A stretch of DNA of 64,000 bases, taken from Chiloscyllium plagiosum (taxonomy: Eukaryota). The notes beneath the pieces were generated by a model. It ran no database searches and was not told the origin of the DNA. It saw only the letters and a program-made list of their open reading frames with translations. The translations under genes and the position numbers were made by a program. Positions 25,894 through 39,000 of this stretch are shown here, piece after piece; within the stretch, counting starts at the first letter, position 1; the number at the start of each line of letters is the position of its first letter. Location of the stretch: positions 2,129,243-2,193,242 of the forward strand of contig NC_057753.1 of the NCBI RefSeq assembly GCF_004010195.1, given 5' to 3'.

Positions 25894-27430
25894 GCGCATG
25901 GGGTACCACAGGGTCTGGTGCTCGTGATGTATTATCCTGTCGTCGGAGCTATTGGGGTTCCAGGTAAAATGCTTCAGTTAGTTCGTTTCCGTGAGGTGCT
26001 ATGAAGTTGAAAACGTGCAGTGTAACTTCAAGAGAGGATGAAAGCTGTCTTGCACTGAGAATTTGCAAGAACCTGTCATGTGACTAACTGACAGTCTCAG
26101 AATTTACTGGACAATTAAAAATATGCAACATTTGACTGTTTTTACAACAGTTCGAATTTAACCAATCAATTTATATTATGTCCCGAGATACTAAAATACA
26201 ATTGAATTGGAATTTGATACATTTCGTCAATATTGCTTCAATCAGATGATCCGATGTTTGTGGTAAGAAGAAATCAACATTTTAAGAAACAGAGACAGCA
26301 ACCAACTGCCATTGTCAGAGTGATTGCCAGAAAAAAAACACTCTATATTTCATATGTTTAATATGTATTGTCATTGCAGCAAAAGATGGAAGACAACTCG
26401 GTGAGATCTGCAGCAAAAAAGGGGATTGACACGGAAGACGACAGCCGTTGTGTGGGGGTTTTGAAGATTACTTTGATGTAATCTTAATAGGAACATTTAT
26501 TGGATCAGTATCTTGTTAAAGCATTGGAGACAGATAACAAACCTTTCAGAGAAAGAAGTCTTAGAGTTGTAAAAAACTGTTGATTAATGTTTATTTTTCG
26601 AGCTAAAAAATATATTTTTCCCTTTAAATAGTGGAACTTGGGGAGTTCTATGTCATTCATATTTTAACAGATAATGAGGGGAGGTGAGCTTTTCTGTATG
26701 TTTGGTTTAATGAGCAGAATGGTTCACCACCGTTTTGTAACTGAAGATGTTTAATTAGCAGCAGTAATTATATTGTTTTACCTGGTACCACTTCCATATA
26801 TGGCTCGTAAAATATTACGGTTTATTTCTTTATTTTCTTTTGTAGAATGATAGGTTCGCACTGACTGTTAGTATACATTCACTTTTAGGTTTGTATTTGC
26901 AAAGATATTCATCATTATATCGTCAAACTTTATTTACATAATTTGCATATTTGTTCTGAGTTTATTATTTAATTAATCCCCTTGCATCTCTCAGTTCTCA
27001 GCCATTTCTGTGTCCAGACAGCCAAATTTTCCTCAATCGCATACTTACTTACTTCCCAAATGATCCTAACATGCGGAAACTTAACACATTCGAGCGGCCA
27101 ATCGTACCCGCAGAAAACTAGAGAAGATCAAAATGACAGAGAAGTGGAAAAACGTCGAAAGTCTATGATTTTACTTTTTGCTATCTTGGGTAGTTTCATC
27201 CTGTCATATTGTTTATTTTTCACAACGGTGCGTCATTTTATGCTTTGCAAATCCTACCTACTTTTCAAGCTCCAATCAATCAGCCTACATTCTCGAACAA
27301 AGTGGATACATGATACAGAAAATGAATCAATCTGTTTATTTATGCTGCGACCCAAAGGAAATTCGGAGAGGAGTTAAGAAATTGGGTCACATTTCCATTG
27401 CAAAGAATTGTTAAGGTATTTAAATCTTTA
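25894..27430 (+). pseudogene. GPR139-like pseudogene B
   Basis: The exon 1 homolog 25894-25963 has GCG in place of ATG (HGVPQGLVLVMYYPVVGAIGVP|gt). Only the 3' third of exon 2 remains (about 27084-27430; REDQNDREVEKRRKSMILLFAILGSFILSYCLFFTTV), with frameshifts. Confidence 0.9.
25990..26741 (+). mobile_element. Probable solo LTR in intron of pseudogene B
   Basis: This approximately 750-bp insertion is absent from intron A. It begins (t)gtgagg and ends cgttttgtaac. The same insertion starts at 40487 in unit 3. Confidence 0.6.
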
Positions 27431-27509
27431 AAATGTGGACATTTAATGTGGATTGTATGCTATATTCTTGAATGAATTCTCCACTTAATATGGTCCCAAC
27501 TGAAACACT

Positions 27510-30500
27510 GTAGAATCCCTACAGTGCAGAAAGAGGCCATTCAACACACCGAGAGGACACAGACCCCATGAAGTGTAACGCACCCACACCATATCCCAGT
27601 AACCCTGTATTTAGCAAAACTAATCTACCTAACCTGCGCATCTCTAGATATTGCAGACAATTAGCGTTACCAATCCACCTAACCTGCAACATGGTTGGAG
27701 AAAGGGCGACCGCATAACTTTTACACGGACAGAATCTGAGTCCCTGGCGCTGTGAGGTAGCAGTGCTAACCACTGAGCCACTGCACGAGCCTCATCTCTA
27801 CATGTGTCAGTCCTGCCACTCCAAAACTCACTACCAAACCTTTGTTTCACTCCCTCCATCGGCAGAAACCTTTCCTCAGACGACGAGACTAAGACTGCAC
27901 ACAATAATCTAGGTGTGCTCTCATCAAGACCCTTTACAATTGCGGGCAAGACATTTCTGCTCTTGCACTCGAATCTGTCCGCTATACAGGCCATATCATT
28001 TGACTTCATCACTGCATGCTGTATCTGGATGGTTATTATCTGCGACTGTCGTACAACGGACACCCAGATCTTGTCGACCAATCTCCATTCTAATCCAGGT
28101 AAGAAAGGTGAAGTCACATGGTATCGGGGTGAACTCACAACGTATGCAGAGAAGTGGATTAGTCAGAGGAGACAGAAGGAATCGTTGAAAGGATGCTTTT
28201 CAGAATGGAGAGTTGCGACTACTGGTGTTCCTCAAGGTTCAGTGCTGTTAGTCGTGGTCTACATTAGTGACTTGGAGGAAAACGTAGCTGGTTTAATTAA
28301 TAACATCGCAGATCATTCAAAGATTGGTGTAATTCTGGATATTGAGGAAGACTGTCAGAGGATGTGATGTGGAGATGCCAGTATTGGAGTGGGGTCAGAA
28401 GTCACGTCACAATACACCAGATTATAGTTCAACTGTTTTATATGAAATCACAAGCTTTTGGAGCGCAGGTCATTCATCAGCCACTGTAACCTCTTGTCAT
28501 GTGCCTTCTGACTTTGTCATAGGATCGAGCAGGATGTAGATTAGATGGAGGCATTGACATCAAAATGGCAGATGAAGGTTAATCCCGACCAATGTGAGAT
28601 TATGCATTTTGGAAGATCACGTACGTGTGAAAATTTAATAGTGAATGACAGAATGTTTAAGAGTATTGGTATGCAGAGCGATCTGGGTATGCAAGTCCAC
28701 AGATCATTGAAGATGGCAGCACAAGTAGACGATGGAGAGAAAAAAAAGCTGATGGCATGATTACCTTCATTGGAAGTGGCAATTGAGTGTCAGGATAGAC
28801 AATTATGTTCCAGCTTTACAGAAGTTAAATTAGGCCACAATTACAATATTGCGCAGATTTACCTGTAGGATGTGGATTCTTACAAAAGGGGTACAGAAGA
28901 GGTTGACCAGAATGTTGACAGTTGGGGGATGTTAGCAATGAAGAAAGATTGGATAGGCGGAGTTTGTTTTCATTGGGACACAGGGGGTTGAGGGGCTATC
29001 TGATAGATGTTTACAAGATGGTGAATGGCATGGATACAGTGGAAAGTATGAGACTTTTTGTCAGGATGGAGAGTTCAAGTCCTGGGAACACTGTTAAGAT
29101 TCAGGGTGGTGGCGGGGATGGTTTAGAAGAAACGTGTGAAACTCGTTCTTCACGCAAAGCGTGTTGTGTGTCTCGAACCTGCCAAAAGAGGTGAGTGCGA
29201 AAGGAGCTGGATGTCGCAGGCACAATGGCAGCATTCAAGAAAGACCTGGACGATCACATGAATAGGAAAGGAATAGAGGGGTATGGGTCCCATAAGTGAA
29301 AACACTTTTAGTTCAAAAGGACAAAATACCTTGGAGCAGACCTGGAAGGCCGAAGAGGGTGGTCCTGTGATGTATTGTTGTATTTTCTTTGTATCTATAG
29401 ACCGTGAGAAAATAATATGCCTTCCTATTATTGCTACCAACGTAGATAACCTCACCTTTATCCACGGTATACATCATCTGTCATGCTTTTGTCCACTCCC
29501 TCAACTTCTTCAAATCAAAATGATGCATTTGTACATGCTCCCCAAACGTCAACCTCCCATCCAGCTTTGTGTCGTCTGCAAACTTGGAGTGAATATATTT
29601 AGTCCCCTCATTGAAATTGTTCTTACGTACCGTGACCAGTTTGGATCCAAACATTAATCTCTGCGAGATGCAATAGTTACTGTCTACAATTCAGGAAATG
29701 CCTTACTTCTAGATTTTCAAGAGATAAAGTGGACATGCACGTGCAACAGGAGATGGGCAAAGTCTTAAAAGAACTCTTCTTCTCTGTGTTTAGCATGGAG
29801 AAAGACATGAAGACTTGGGGCCTTGAGAAAGTTAGTGGTCATATCTTGGGAACAGTCCATATCACAGCAGAGGAGCTCTTGTACATATTAGAACAATGAC
29901 GGTGAATAAATCTCTTGGTCATGACTATATATATCCAAGAATACTGCAAGAGACTAGAGAAAATATTACAGGGGCCCTCGCTGATATTTTTGCATCATTG
30001 CTAACCACAGGTGAGGTCCCAGAAGATTGGATGGTAGCGAAAGTTGTGCACTAATTCAAGAAGTGCTGCAAAGACAAATCTGCCACCTATAGACCAGGAA
30101 GCCTAATATCTGTAGTAGGTAAGTTGTTTGAGAAGCTTCTGAGGGATCAGATATACAAGCATTGGAAACAAAGGGTTTAATTCAGAATAGTCAGCATAGT
30201 TGTGAGAGATTATGCCTCACAAGTTTGTTAGAGTTCTTTGATGAATTGACCGGAAATCTTCAAGAGGTCAGTGCAGTGTATGTAGTCTATATGGTTTTCA
30301 GTAAGGCCTTTGATAAGGTTCCACATGATAGGCTGATCTGAAAGGTTAGATCACATGGAATCCAGAGGGTAATATGGAAGGATGCTTGTCGGACTGGAGG
30401 CCTGTGACTCGTGGAGTGCCTCAGGGGTTCTAACCGGGTCCATTACTGTCCGTTATCTGTATGAATGATTTGGATGAGAATTTACAAGGGATGATTACAG

Positions 30501-32000
30501 ACGACACTAAAATAAGAGATATCGTGGACAGTGAGGAAGGTCATCATTACAAAGGTTCCTTGATTAGCTTCTGAAGTGGGCTTAGAAATGGCTAATGGAT
30601 TTTAGTATAGATAAGTAGGAGGTCTTTCATTCTGGAAAGTCAAATCAAAATAGGAGCTTCATAGTGGAGGGTAGTATGGAACGTTAAGGAATGTACTGGA
30701 ACAGAGGAACCTTGAACATCCAGGTGCAGGGTTCTCTGATTGTGGAATCACAGATGGACAGGGCAGTGAAGAAGGCTTTTGGCACACTAGCCCTCATCAG
30801 TTGTGGTATTGAATGAAAAGTTTGAAGGTATGTTGCAGTTGTACAGGATGTTCGCGAGGCCGCACTTAGAGTCTTGTGTACAGTTTTGGTCATTTTATTA
30901 CGAGAAGGTTGTTATTCAACTGGAAATAAGGCAGAATAAATCTACAAGGATTTTTTCCAGGACACAACGATTTGAGCTATAGGAAGAGGTTGGACAAGCT
31001 AGATCTTCTTTCTCCAGAGTGTAGTAAACTACGGGGGCATCTTACAGAAGAGTAAAGGATCATAAGAGGTATGCACAGTGTGAATGCATTCAGTCTTTTC
31101 CAAGGGTTGAGGGATCGAGGACTAGAGTGCATCAGTTTTAGGTTACAGGAGAAAGAATAAAAGGAAACCTGAAAATCCACTTTTTTGCACGAGGGTGATA
31201 CGCACGTTGAGTGGGTTGCCATTGGAAGTGGTTTAGGCAGTTTTATCAACAACATTTAAAAGCCATTTGGACAAATACATGGATAAGAAAGATTTAAATG
31301 GATATGTACCAAGTGCAGGGAAATGTGTTAGCGTGGATGGGCATTTTGGTCTGCATGGACCTGTTTTGGCTATCGGACTGTCTCCTTCCCGTAGGAATGT
31401 ATAAATCCATAACTGTTTCCCAACCAGTTTTCTATCCATGTCAGTACACCATCCATTTTCCATTCTCCTCAGTTGTGCATTCTCATGTCTTGATGAAAGT
31501 GTTTTGAGGGGTCAAGTATATTATATTCATTGACTCTCCCACATCAACTTTACCAGTGACATTCTTGAAAGATCCAATAGCTTTTTCAAGCATTATTTAG
31601 TAAATCCATGCTGACTCTCCTTGATCCTGTCATTGTTTTACAAGAGATCTACTTTTTAAAATATGTTTGATGGACTGTAGCATTTTCCCTACACCTACTG
31701 TCAGGCTAACAGGTTTATGATTTCGATTTTCTTTGTACCTTTTATATAGAATATACTTTATTTTCAAAAGGATGGATTAGATTAGCAATCTTGCAATCCA
31801 TAGGAAATGTTTCAGAATTTACAAAATCTTGAAAGTTGTCCACAAATGCAGAGACTATTTCCAGAGTCACTCTCTTAAATTGACTGGGATTTAGATTATC
31901 TGGCCCTAGGGATTTATTGGCATTTTATTTCATCAATTTCCAAACACTATCTCCAGACTATTAATGATTTTCTTCAGTTCTTCTATCAGTGCATCCTGTG
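27510..32000. mobile_element. SINE + CR1 + PLE mosaic, paralogous to 19990-24480
   Basis: It has the same fragments in the same order, e.g. WRVATTGVPQGSVL and KWQMKVNPDQCEIMHFG. Confidence 0.8.
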
Positions 32001-32945
32001 TATAGGTGTCGGCTTAGCTCAGTTGGCTGAATGGTTACATCATGATACCAACAATTGAGTTGAATTTCCATTAGCAGCTGAAATTACCATGACAGAATCT
32101 CCTTCTCAACCTCTCCGCGAGCCTGAGGTAATACTGCACTCAGGTTAAGTCATCTCCCTCTCTAATGGGAAAAACAGCCCTATGGTTGGTAAAGCAAGGT
32201 GACACAACAACATCCTGTGCTTAACAGTATTATTTGTGCCATCCCTTAAGAAGACAGAACTGATATGTGGACTTACCCGTTCTTCCATCTCTTTGTTCCC
32301 GATTATAATCCCCGTTTCTGACATTAAAGGATCTACATTTACCTTCATCAATCTTTGTTCCTCTCTTTACATACCTCCACAACGTTTTGCAAACAATCTT
32401 AATGTTACCTGAAAATCTTCTTACGTCCTTTTACTCACATTCCATCAATCCTTTTTCCCTTCTTAACTGAAATCTATACTGCTCTCAATCCTTAGGTCTG
32501 CTACATTTTTTGGCCAGCATGTTTCTAAATGGACAGGGACAATTTAGACCAATGGGATTAAGTGGCTCTCCTTGCTCAGAAGTTTCACAAGTCAAGTGAA
32601 AATCTCTATACCTCCATTGCCAGATTCGTGTTACTCATTTTTACATAAACCCAACACCATCTTCAGCCTCACATAGCTGCACTCCAGTGCACAGTAGGAC
32701 AGAGTGCATGGCATCAAGAGATGAGTAATCTCGACCTTAACACAAGAGGCCCTCTACATAAGCAGAAAGAGAAAACTCCAGTCGATATACTTCAAGGAAG
32801 AATCTTGGCCCTTTCCAGTCATAATGTAGAGGTGGCTGGGTCAAGAATCTCAACTCTGCTTGCCTCCCATTAACCCTTGGAAGTTGAAAACATGGAGTAT
32901 CAATTTCCTATCTGCCAAGAAGTGCCTTGGCGTATTAGTACATGT

Positions 32946-33257
32946 AGATGATTAGATTAGATTACTTACAATGTGGAAACAGGCCCTTCGGCCCAACAAG
33001 TCCACACCGACCCGCCGAAGCGCACCCACCCAGACCCATTCCCCTACACCTAACACTACAGGCAATTTAGCGTGGCCAATTCACCTAACCTGCACATTTT
33101 TGGACTGTGGGAGGAAACCGGAGCACCCGGAGGAAACCCACGCAGACACGGGGAGAATGTGCAAACTCCACACAGTCAATCGCCTGAGGCGGGAATTGAA
33201 CCTGGGTCTCTGGCGCTGTGAGGCAACAGTGCTAACCACTGTGCCACCGTGCCGCCC
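32946..33257 (-). mobile_element. Young full-length HE1-type SINE (tRNA-derived head, V-domain, CR1-like tail)
   Basis: The reverse complement starts gggcggcacggtggcacagtggttagcactg (A box), has ggttcaattcccgcc (B box) and ends gtaatctaatctaatc. It is absent at the paralogous site (about 57215). Confidence 0.93.
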
Positions 33258-34758
33258 ACTTGGGAGCATTCCAGAGTGGTCCAACCCTTTGCATTAGAGC
33301 ATGGTCCCACGATTCGAGCTGTAGAACAAGGAAGTCGATTTTAAGGACAGGTGTGAGGGTTGAAAGAATCCTACTGAGAATACTGTGGTAGCTGGGGTGA
33401 AGAACGCCAGTTTAGCAATTTTGTTTTGTGTGGATATGCTGCACTGTAACGGTTATGTATCTGCTTTTGTGTCTTTGTGTTGGCACATGCAACAGGATAT
33501 CCTACCTACAGAAATAACTTCACTGATTGAGGATTGCATTTTGAGACTCTGAGATCAGCAACAGGGAGGGGGGGGGGGGGGCAATACATCATCTTTGCTG
33601 TTTGTACTGATTCCGCATTTGGCACTCGTGGATGAAATTTCCTGACGTTTGGACTCCTCTGATGACAAAGTGCAGTTCCAGTAGTGGTTGTGCCATGCGT
33701 GTTGACACACACAAACAGACAGGTTTACCGCTGTAGGCTGGCATGGGATAAACCAGCCTATACGCATATGTTTTATCCCTTTCAGGGGATTATGTCGTTT
33801 GCTATTGTCCTTTAAAAGATCTGCACAAGTTGTTTACAAGAACGGATCGGCTCTTTAGCCTACCTACCTGGAGCGTGGCTGTTGTGCATTTTCGATTTCT
33901 CCCTTGATGGAAGATGAACGTAACACTCCTCCTCCTACTTGTTTCAATCTGCATGTGTGGTTGAGAACCCAAATATCACCATTCTATTCCCAGTAGCCCA
34001 TTCTGTCAACTTCATCCGATTTACAATTTTTCACGTCTCCACGCAACCAGTCTGCATTACCCTACAACTGTCACGTCTTCCCACCCAGACACAGGTGTAT
34101 GAAGTGAATGCGTCTCGTTGTCATTTACATTCTGCTTCTTTAAGCTAGGGTGTTATTGATCGCTGATGTCACTCCTCCCCTCATTACATCATTTCCCACT
34201 TATCACAGTCCATTCAGAGTAATTGACGAATTGAATCTACCAGTTAGGTAGGTTAAATATTGAGCCTTCAGGATTTTGAGACTGCGTGGAAGGTTTGGTT
34301 AGATGGGCGCATGAATATTAATGAGGTGTTGACAAGGCATTGACCAATATTAGACCGCATCATTGGGTATCTCTCTGTGGACAAGCAAGGCATGCAACTT
34401 GTGAAAGCAGGAAGAATAGATCTAGATGATCTCCAGGTTGATATGACCTTTTCACACCTGCCATTCGGTTCTGCCGTGCATCTTGTCATTGCCCAAGTTA
34501 TTCAAAGTCCAATAGAAGACTCGGCCCGCTCAACTGGAAAGAGACAGTGTAACAAAGAAGAAAAAGGTCTTGGAGACATTGGACAACGGACAGAGATATG
34601 GAGAGACCGAAAGACTGAGAAATAGTCAGGCATTGTGAAATAGCGAGTAGAGCGAGGGTAGAAAACGCAGCCAATGAAGATGGCCCGCCACCACTGTTGC
34701 AGCCATCAGCTCATCTAAGAACAGGCAAGTGAAGAATTGCTATCAGACTTGTTGAAAT

Positions 34759-35394
34759 TGTGACGACGCTTTGCCTTTAAGATATGTGTTTCTGCGGCAG
34801 AGGGGTGTTTGAACATTGATGTGAAAATATCTCCTTAAGACAGGCAGTTCTCCCTGGCGTGGTTTTAAGATAAGAAACAACATGAACGGGTAGCGTCAGG
34901 CTCACAGAGATCATAAAAGGACTTCAGCTTTGCTTTCAGTTCGTTGGTAGTCTTGCTGGCTGCTGGAGCTAAAAGCTTGATTTCTTTGCTGCTAAAGTAA
35001 TGTATTAGACAGAGAAATTTACTTAAAAATTGAAAAAGGCAGATTTTTTGGCGATTTTTTCTACTGGACTGGAAAGAGACATCACGCGAGAAGAGTATAC
35101 GTATTGCTGACCTGCCGTTGCCAAAGGTGTATCTATGGGATACTGTCAATATTGAAACAGTTGAGGGTCAATCGCTAAATAATACATTGTATTGTTAAGT
35201 GTCTGTGGAGAGTCAAGTTATGCCAATTCTTTTTCATACTGAATTTTAAATGTGTTGTGACAACAAAGTATATTTTCATTAAAGCTTGGTAGTGGATCAA
35301 TCGAAACAAAGCTGGGCCACAGAGCCTTTTAAAAAGTATAGACGTTAGGGTCTAGGCTATCTTTATAATATACTTTCGGATCTGGTCCATAATA
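34759..35394 (+). mobile_element. Probable solo LTR
   Basis: It starts TGTGAC, ends tctggtccataata and is about 636 bp. Its terminal 50 bp resemble the end of the LTR at 35633-36268. Confidence 0.55.
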
Positions 35395-35632
35395 AATTGT
35401 TCCGGCACAAAGAGATTGTCAGTAAACAAGGATCAGAAGTTTAGTTTCTAAGTTGGTTTTAAAACATCTTTTCGTATTCTGTTACGTGGTTAATTTATTG
35501 ATCCTTTGTCATTGCATCATTTAACAATTCACATAGCGAAATATGGATTAATCCAACGTCAAAAATGCAGACTCTACATACATCAACTTTGATAATGTTC
35601 TTTATAATGATTGAATTACTTTTTCCTAGTAC

Positions 35633-38600
35633 TGATAAGGACGAGGCCAGACCATTCAAAACATTCTTGAGCAGGCAATCCAGACCATGACTTTTCAACT
35701 TGTTTCAGTAAGTGCACAGTGAGAATTACCCAGAGTAAGTTGGTGAGGTTGACTACTAGATTTCAAAACAGTCAGAAATTTATTCGCAAAATTACACAAT
35801 GAAATACAAACAACAAAGAAGCTCTACAGAACTCAATCTATCCAAACTAAACTTAATTATGCTGTTCTGAACATAGTCAACCGTCCCAATAAGCAAACCC
35901 CCTTTGCAAACAGTTTAAAAATGGAATAGACACATTCAGACTGAAGTTAGGAGGGCAGAAAGAGAGACCGTTTTTGCATCCTGTTCACACATAGCTGAAC
36001 TCCTAACTAGTGCTGGACTGAACTGTCCAGCTACAGAGATGACTACTCCCTTTTCATTGTACAGGTCACTTTTAAAACATGACCACTTTGGTCTGAGGTC
36101 CCTGTTTACCTATAAACCAAAAGGCTTCTCAATACACTTTAATCTCTATACCAAGCCATTCTAAATGGAACCAGGAGTGTTTGATGACGCCTCTGAAAAG
36201 AAAACCAAGCACACAATTGCCTTGAGAAAAGGATCAGCTTTTAGAAAAAAGGGACCAGCTTTGTGACCCCACCCGCCACCCTTTAAAAAGAATTATCAAT
36301 ACCAAAAGATGGCTTCACTTTTAAAACCTTTCAAAAACAAACTGTTTAGTAGTCTAAGCCATACATATGTACTATACTATGTATACACATAAAAACGTGC
36401 ACAACTGCATGCGAATTCAAGCCGTGGCACACATGCCACCCAACGCCTCGTCGCTCTTTCGAGTCTCGATAACGCATCAGCAATCACGTTTTTGCGAACT
36501 GCCACCTGCACAATTGCCAAATGGAATGGCTACAAGAACAAGCTCCATTTAAAAGCCTGGCATTTTTGTCCTGACTTTTTTCCACAAATGTCAATGGATT
36601 ATGATCAGTGAATACGATTTTCTCAGGTGCATTGCTACTGAAATGTTGCAATGCCAAACTAAGTTTGAAATCTGTTTCTCCATGGTTGAATATTTCTGGT
36701 GATATATGTTCACCATCTTGGAAAAGTACTCAATGGGCCTTTCTATTCCCGTGTCATCCTCCTGCAGGAGCACCACACAGCCAACCACATCACTGGCATG
36801 GATAGTTACCTTGAAAGGCTTCGTGTAATCCGGTGTGGCTAATACTGGGGCAGTGGTCAACACAGTTTTTCGGTTGTCAAGTTTCCACTGAAACTTCTTG
36901 CTCTTTTTAAACAGTGGGTGGAGCAGCCACACTGCTAAAGTTCAGCACAAACGTTCGGTAACAACCCATTGAATCCCATGAAACATATTACAGATTTTAT
37001 TCGTCGATGGTGTGGGAAATAGCCCAATTATTTTCGCTTTTGCATCCGGGGGGCCATTTGTCCATGTCCAATAACATGGCCCAGTAGGTGACTTGGGCTT
37101 TGACAAATTCACTTTTAGGTAGGTTTACCACCACGCCTGCCTTCCTTAGTCCATTGAACAAGTCAGATAAATGCTGTAAATGTCCCTTCCGTGCGTGGCT
37201 AAAAATCACCAGATCATCAATATACACCACACCATTGGGTAATCTGGCATTGACCTTACTAATCAGTTTCTGAAATGTGGCTGGTGCGTTTTTCATACCT
37301 TTGAACTGAGACAGTCCCTTTGTCGTTATGAAAGCCGAAATTGCATTTGCTCTCTCTGGCAGAGATACTTGTCAGTAACCTCTGAGCACGTCCAATTTAG
37401 AGATGCAAGTTGTTTGTCCCACGTTTTCGTCACTGTCCTCCAACTATGGAATCGGATATGCATCAATCTTTGTGACGGCTTTGATTTTGCGATCGTCCAA
37501 GCATGACCATTGGGTGACATCTGGCTTTGGAACCATGACAATGGGTGAGCTCCAGTCACTGCAACTCATTTAGATTATGCCATTTTTGAGCGTGCACTCT
37601 ATCTCCTTCTGAACCTGTGCCAACTTGAGAGGGTTATGCTGATACGGATGTTGCTTAATTGGAATAGCACCTTCTAACTCTATATCATGCATAAATAGGT
37701 TGCTACTTTCCTGTTTATTTCTGCGTAGCTCCCGATGTGATATTAATAACTCTTTCAGGTCATTTCGATTTTCTTGTGAAAGATAACTCAATAAATTATC
37801 CCAATTTTTGATAACTTTCTCATTGTCCAATTTGATTTGAGGATTGTCCAACTAGAATCCTCTGAGTGTGGTTCTTCTTTTTGTACTGTAATCATCTTGC
37901 TTTTGAAGACTCACGTGCGACTGTAAGTAACACCAATACCTTATCCCCAATTGCAAAACTGAGAATTTGTGATTTCTCATTCGCTTCCTTTTTCACTGCA
38001 TGCTGTGATACTTTTAAATTCTGTCTGGTCAACTCTCCGGCTCTATTTAATCATTCTCTAAAATTTGATCAAATAGGTAGTTTCAGAATTCTGACTCACT
38101 AACTTCTCCTTAATCAATTTTAACGACCCTCTTTCATCATGCCAAGAATTTATTCAAGTGTCCTGAATTTGGTCGATTCCTTTGGTGCATCTCTGATCGC
38201 AAGAAGTACAAATGGAACTCCCTCATCCCAATAAGCTATATAATCCTGACCAGAAGCCCTCAACATGATCTTCAGTGTTTAATGCCATCTCCCGAGCGCT
38301 CCCTGCGATTCTGGATGGTACACAGTAGATTTGAAATGCTTTATTCCCAAGTTATCCATAACCTTCTTGAATAGTTTGGATGGAAAGATTGATCCTCGGT
38401 CTGACTGGATCTCCATTGGTAGTCTGTATCCAGTAAAAAAAAAGTAATTTTTCTCCAAACTTATTAGCTGTGGTGTTGCATATTTGGAATTCCTCTGTAA
38501 ATCTAGTTGATACATCCATCATTGTAATAAATGTTTATTCCCACTTATGTTTGAGGCAGGGGGCCTACACAGTCAATCAAGACTCTTGTGAAAGGTTTCT

Positions 38601-39000
38601 CAAATACTGGAATAGGTGTTAAAGTTGCAGGTTTTATTACTACCTGTGGTTTTCCAATTAGCTGACATATGTGACACATCTAGAAAATTTAACTACATCC
38701 TTGTATAGTCCAGGCCAGTAAAAATATACTTGTATTTTAGCCTGTGATTTCCTCACCCCAGAATGATCTCCAAGTGGTAGCTCATGCGCCCCTCGCAGCA
38801 CCTCCTTTCTATACCCAACCAGCATATCAATTTGATGAATCCCTGCACATTTCTCATCAATTTGAATGTGTGGGGGACTCTATTTCCTCATTAAGGCATC
38901 ATTTGTTCAGTAATAACACACAGGGATGCATTCACTCTCCTCTTCTGTACATGCCTTTTGAGACAACTGTTTTAAGTTCTCATCTTTTGGCTGTGCCTCA
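35633..39000 (-). mobile_element. Gmr1-like Ty3/Gypsy LTR retrotransposon relic: integrase-RT-RNase H, PPT, 3' LTR (35633-36268)
   Basis: Minus-strand order is HELPLGDHSG..YFYWPGL..IDCVGPLP..IQSDRGS..YHPESQGAL (IN), PIKQHPY..NAPATFQ..YIDDLVIFS (RT), TAPVLATPDYTKPF..VIADALSR (RH). A purine tract aaagggtggcgggtgg and the LTR with AATAAA follow. Confidence 0.88.

Larger units (their letters stand above)
24950..33450 (+). repeat. Segmental duplication unit 2 (deleted; contains GPCR pseudogene B)
   Basis: The head matches 8935 onward and the tail matches 47808-57400. Confidence 0.85.

Noticed and set aside
26982..27377. 131-aa ORF with GPCR TM6 similarity as a functional gene
   Set aside because: It is a chimera of non-coding sequence and a frameshifted exon 2 remnant.
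32971..33297. ORFs and a tRNA-like head
   Set aside because: They lie within an HE1 SINE. The A/B boxes are present but this is not a tRNA gene.
33566..33581. Poly-G run as a G-quadruplex or regulatory site
   Set aside because: It is a simple homopolymer with no supporting context.
34268..34625. Short ORFs on both strands in the spacer between units 2 and 3
   Set aside because: I can identify no motif. They may be old element debris but this is unsupported.
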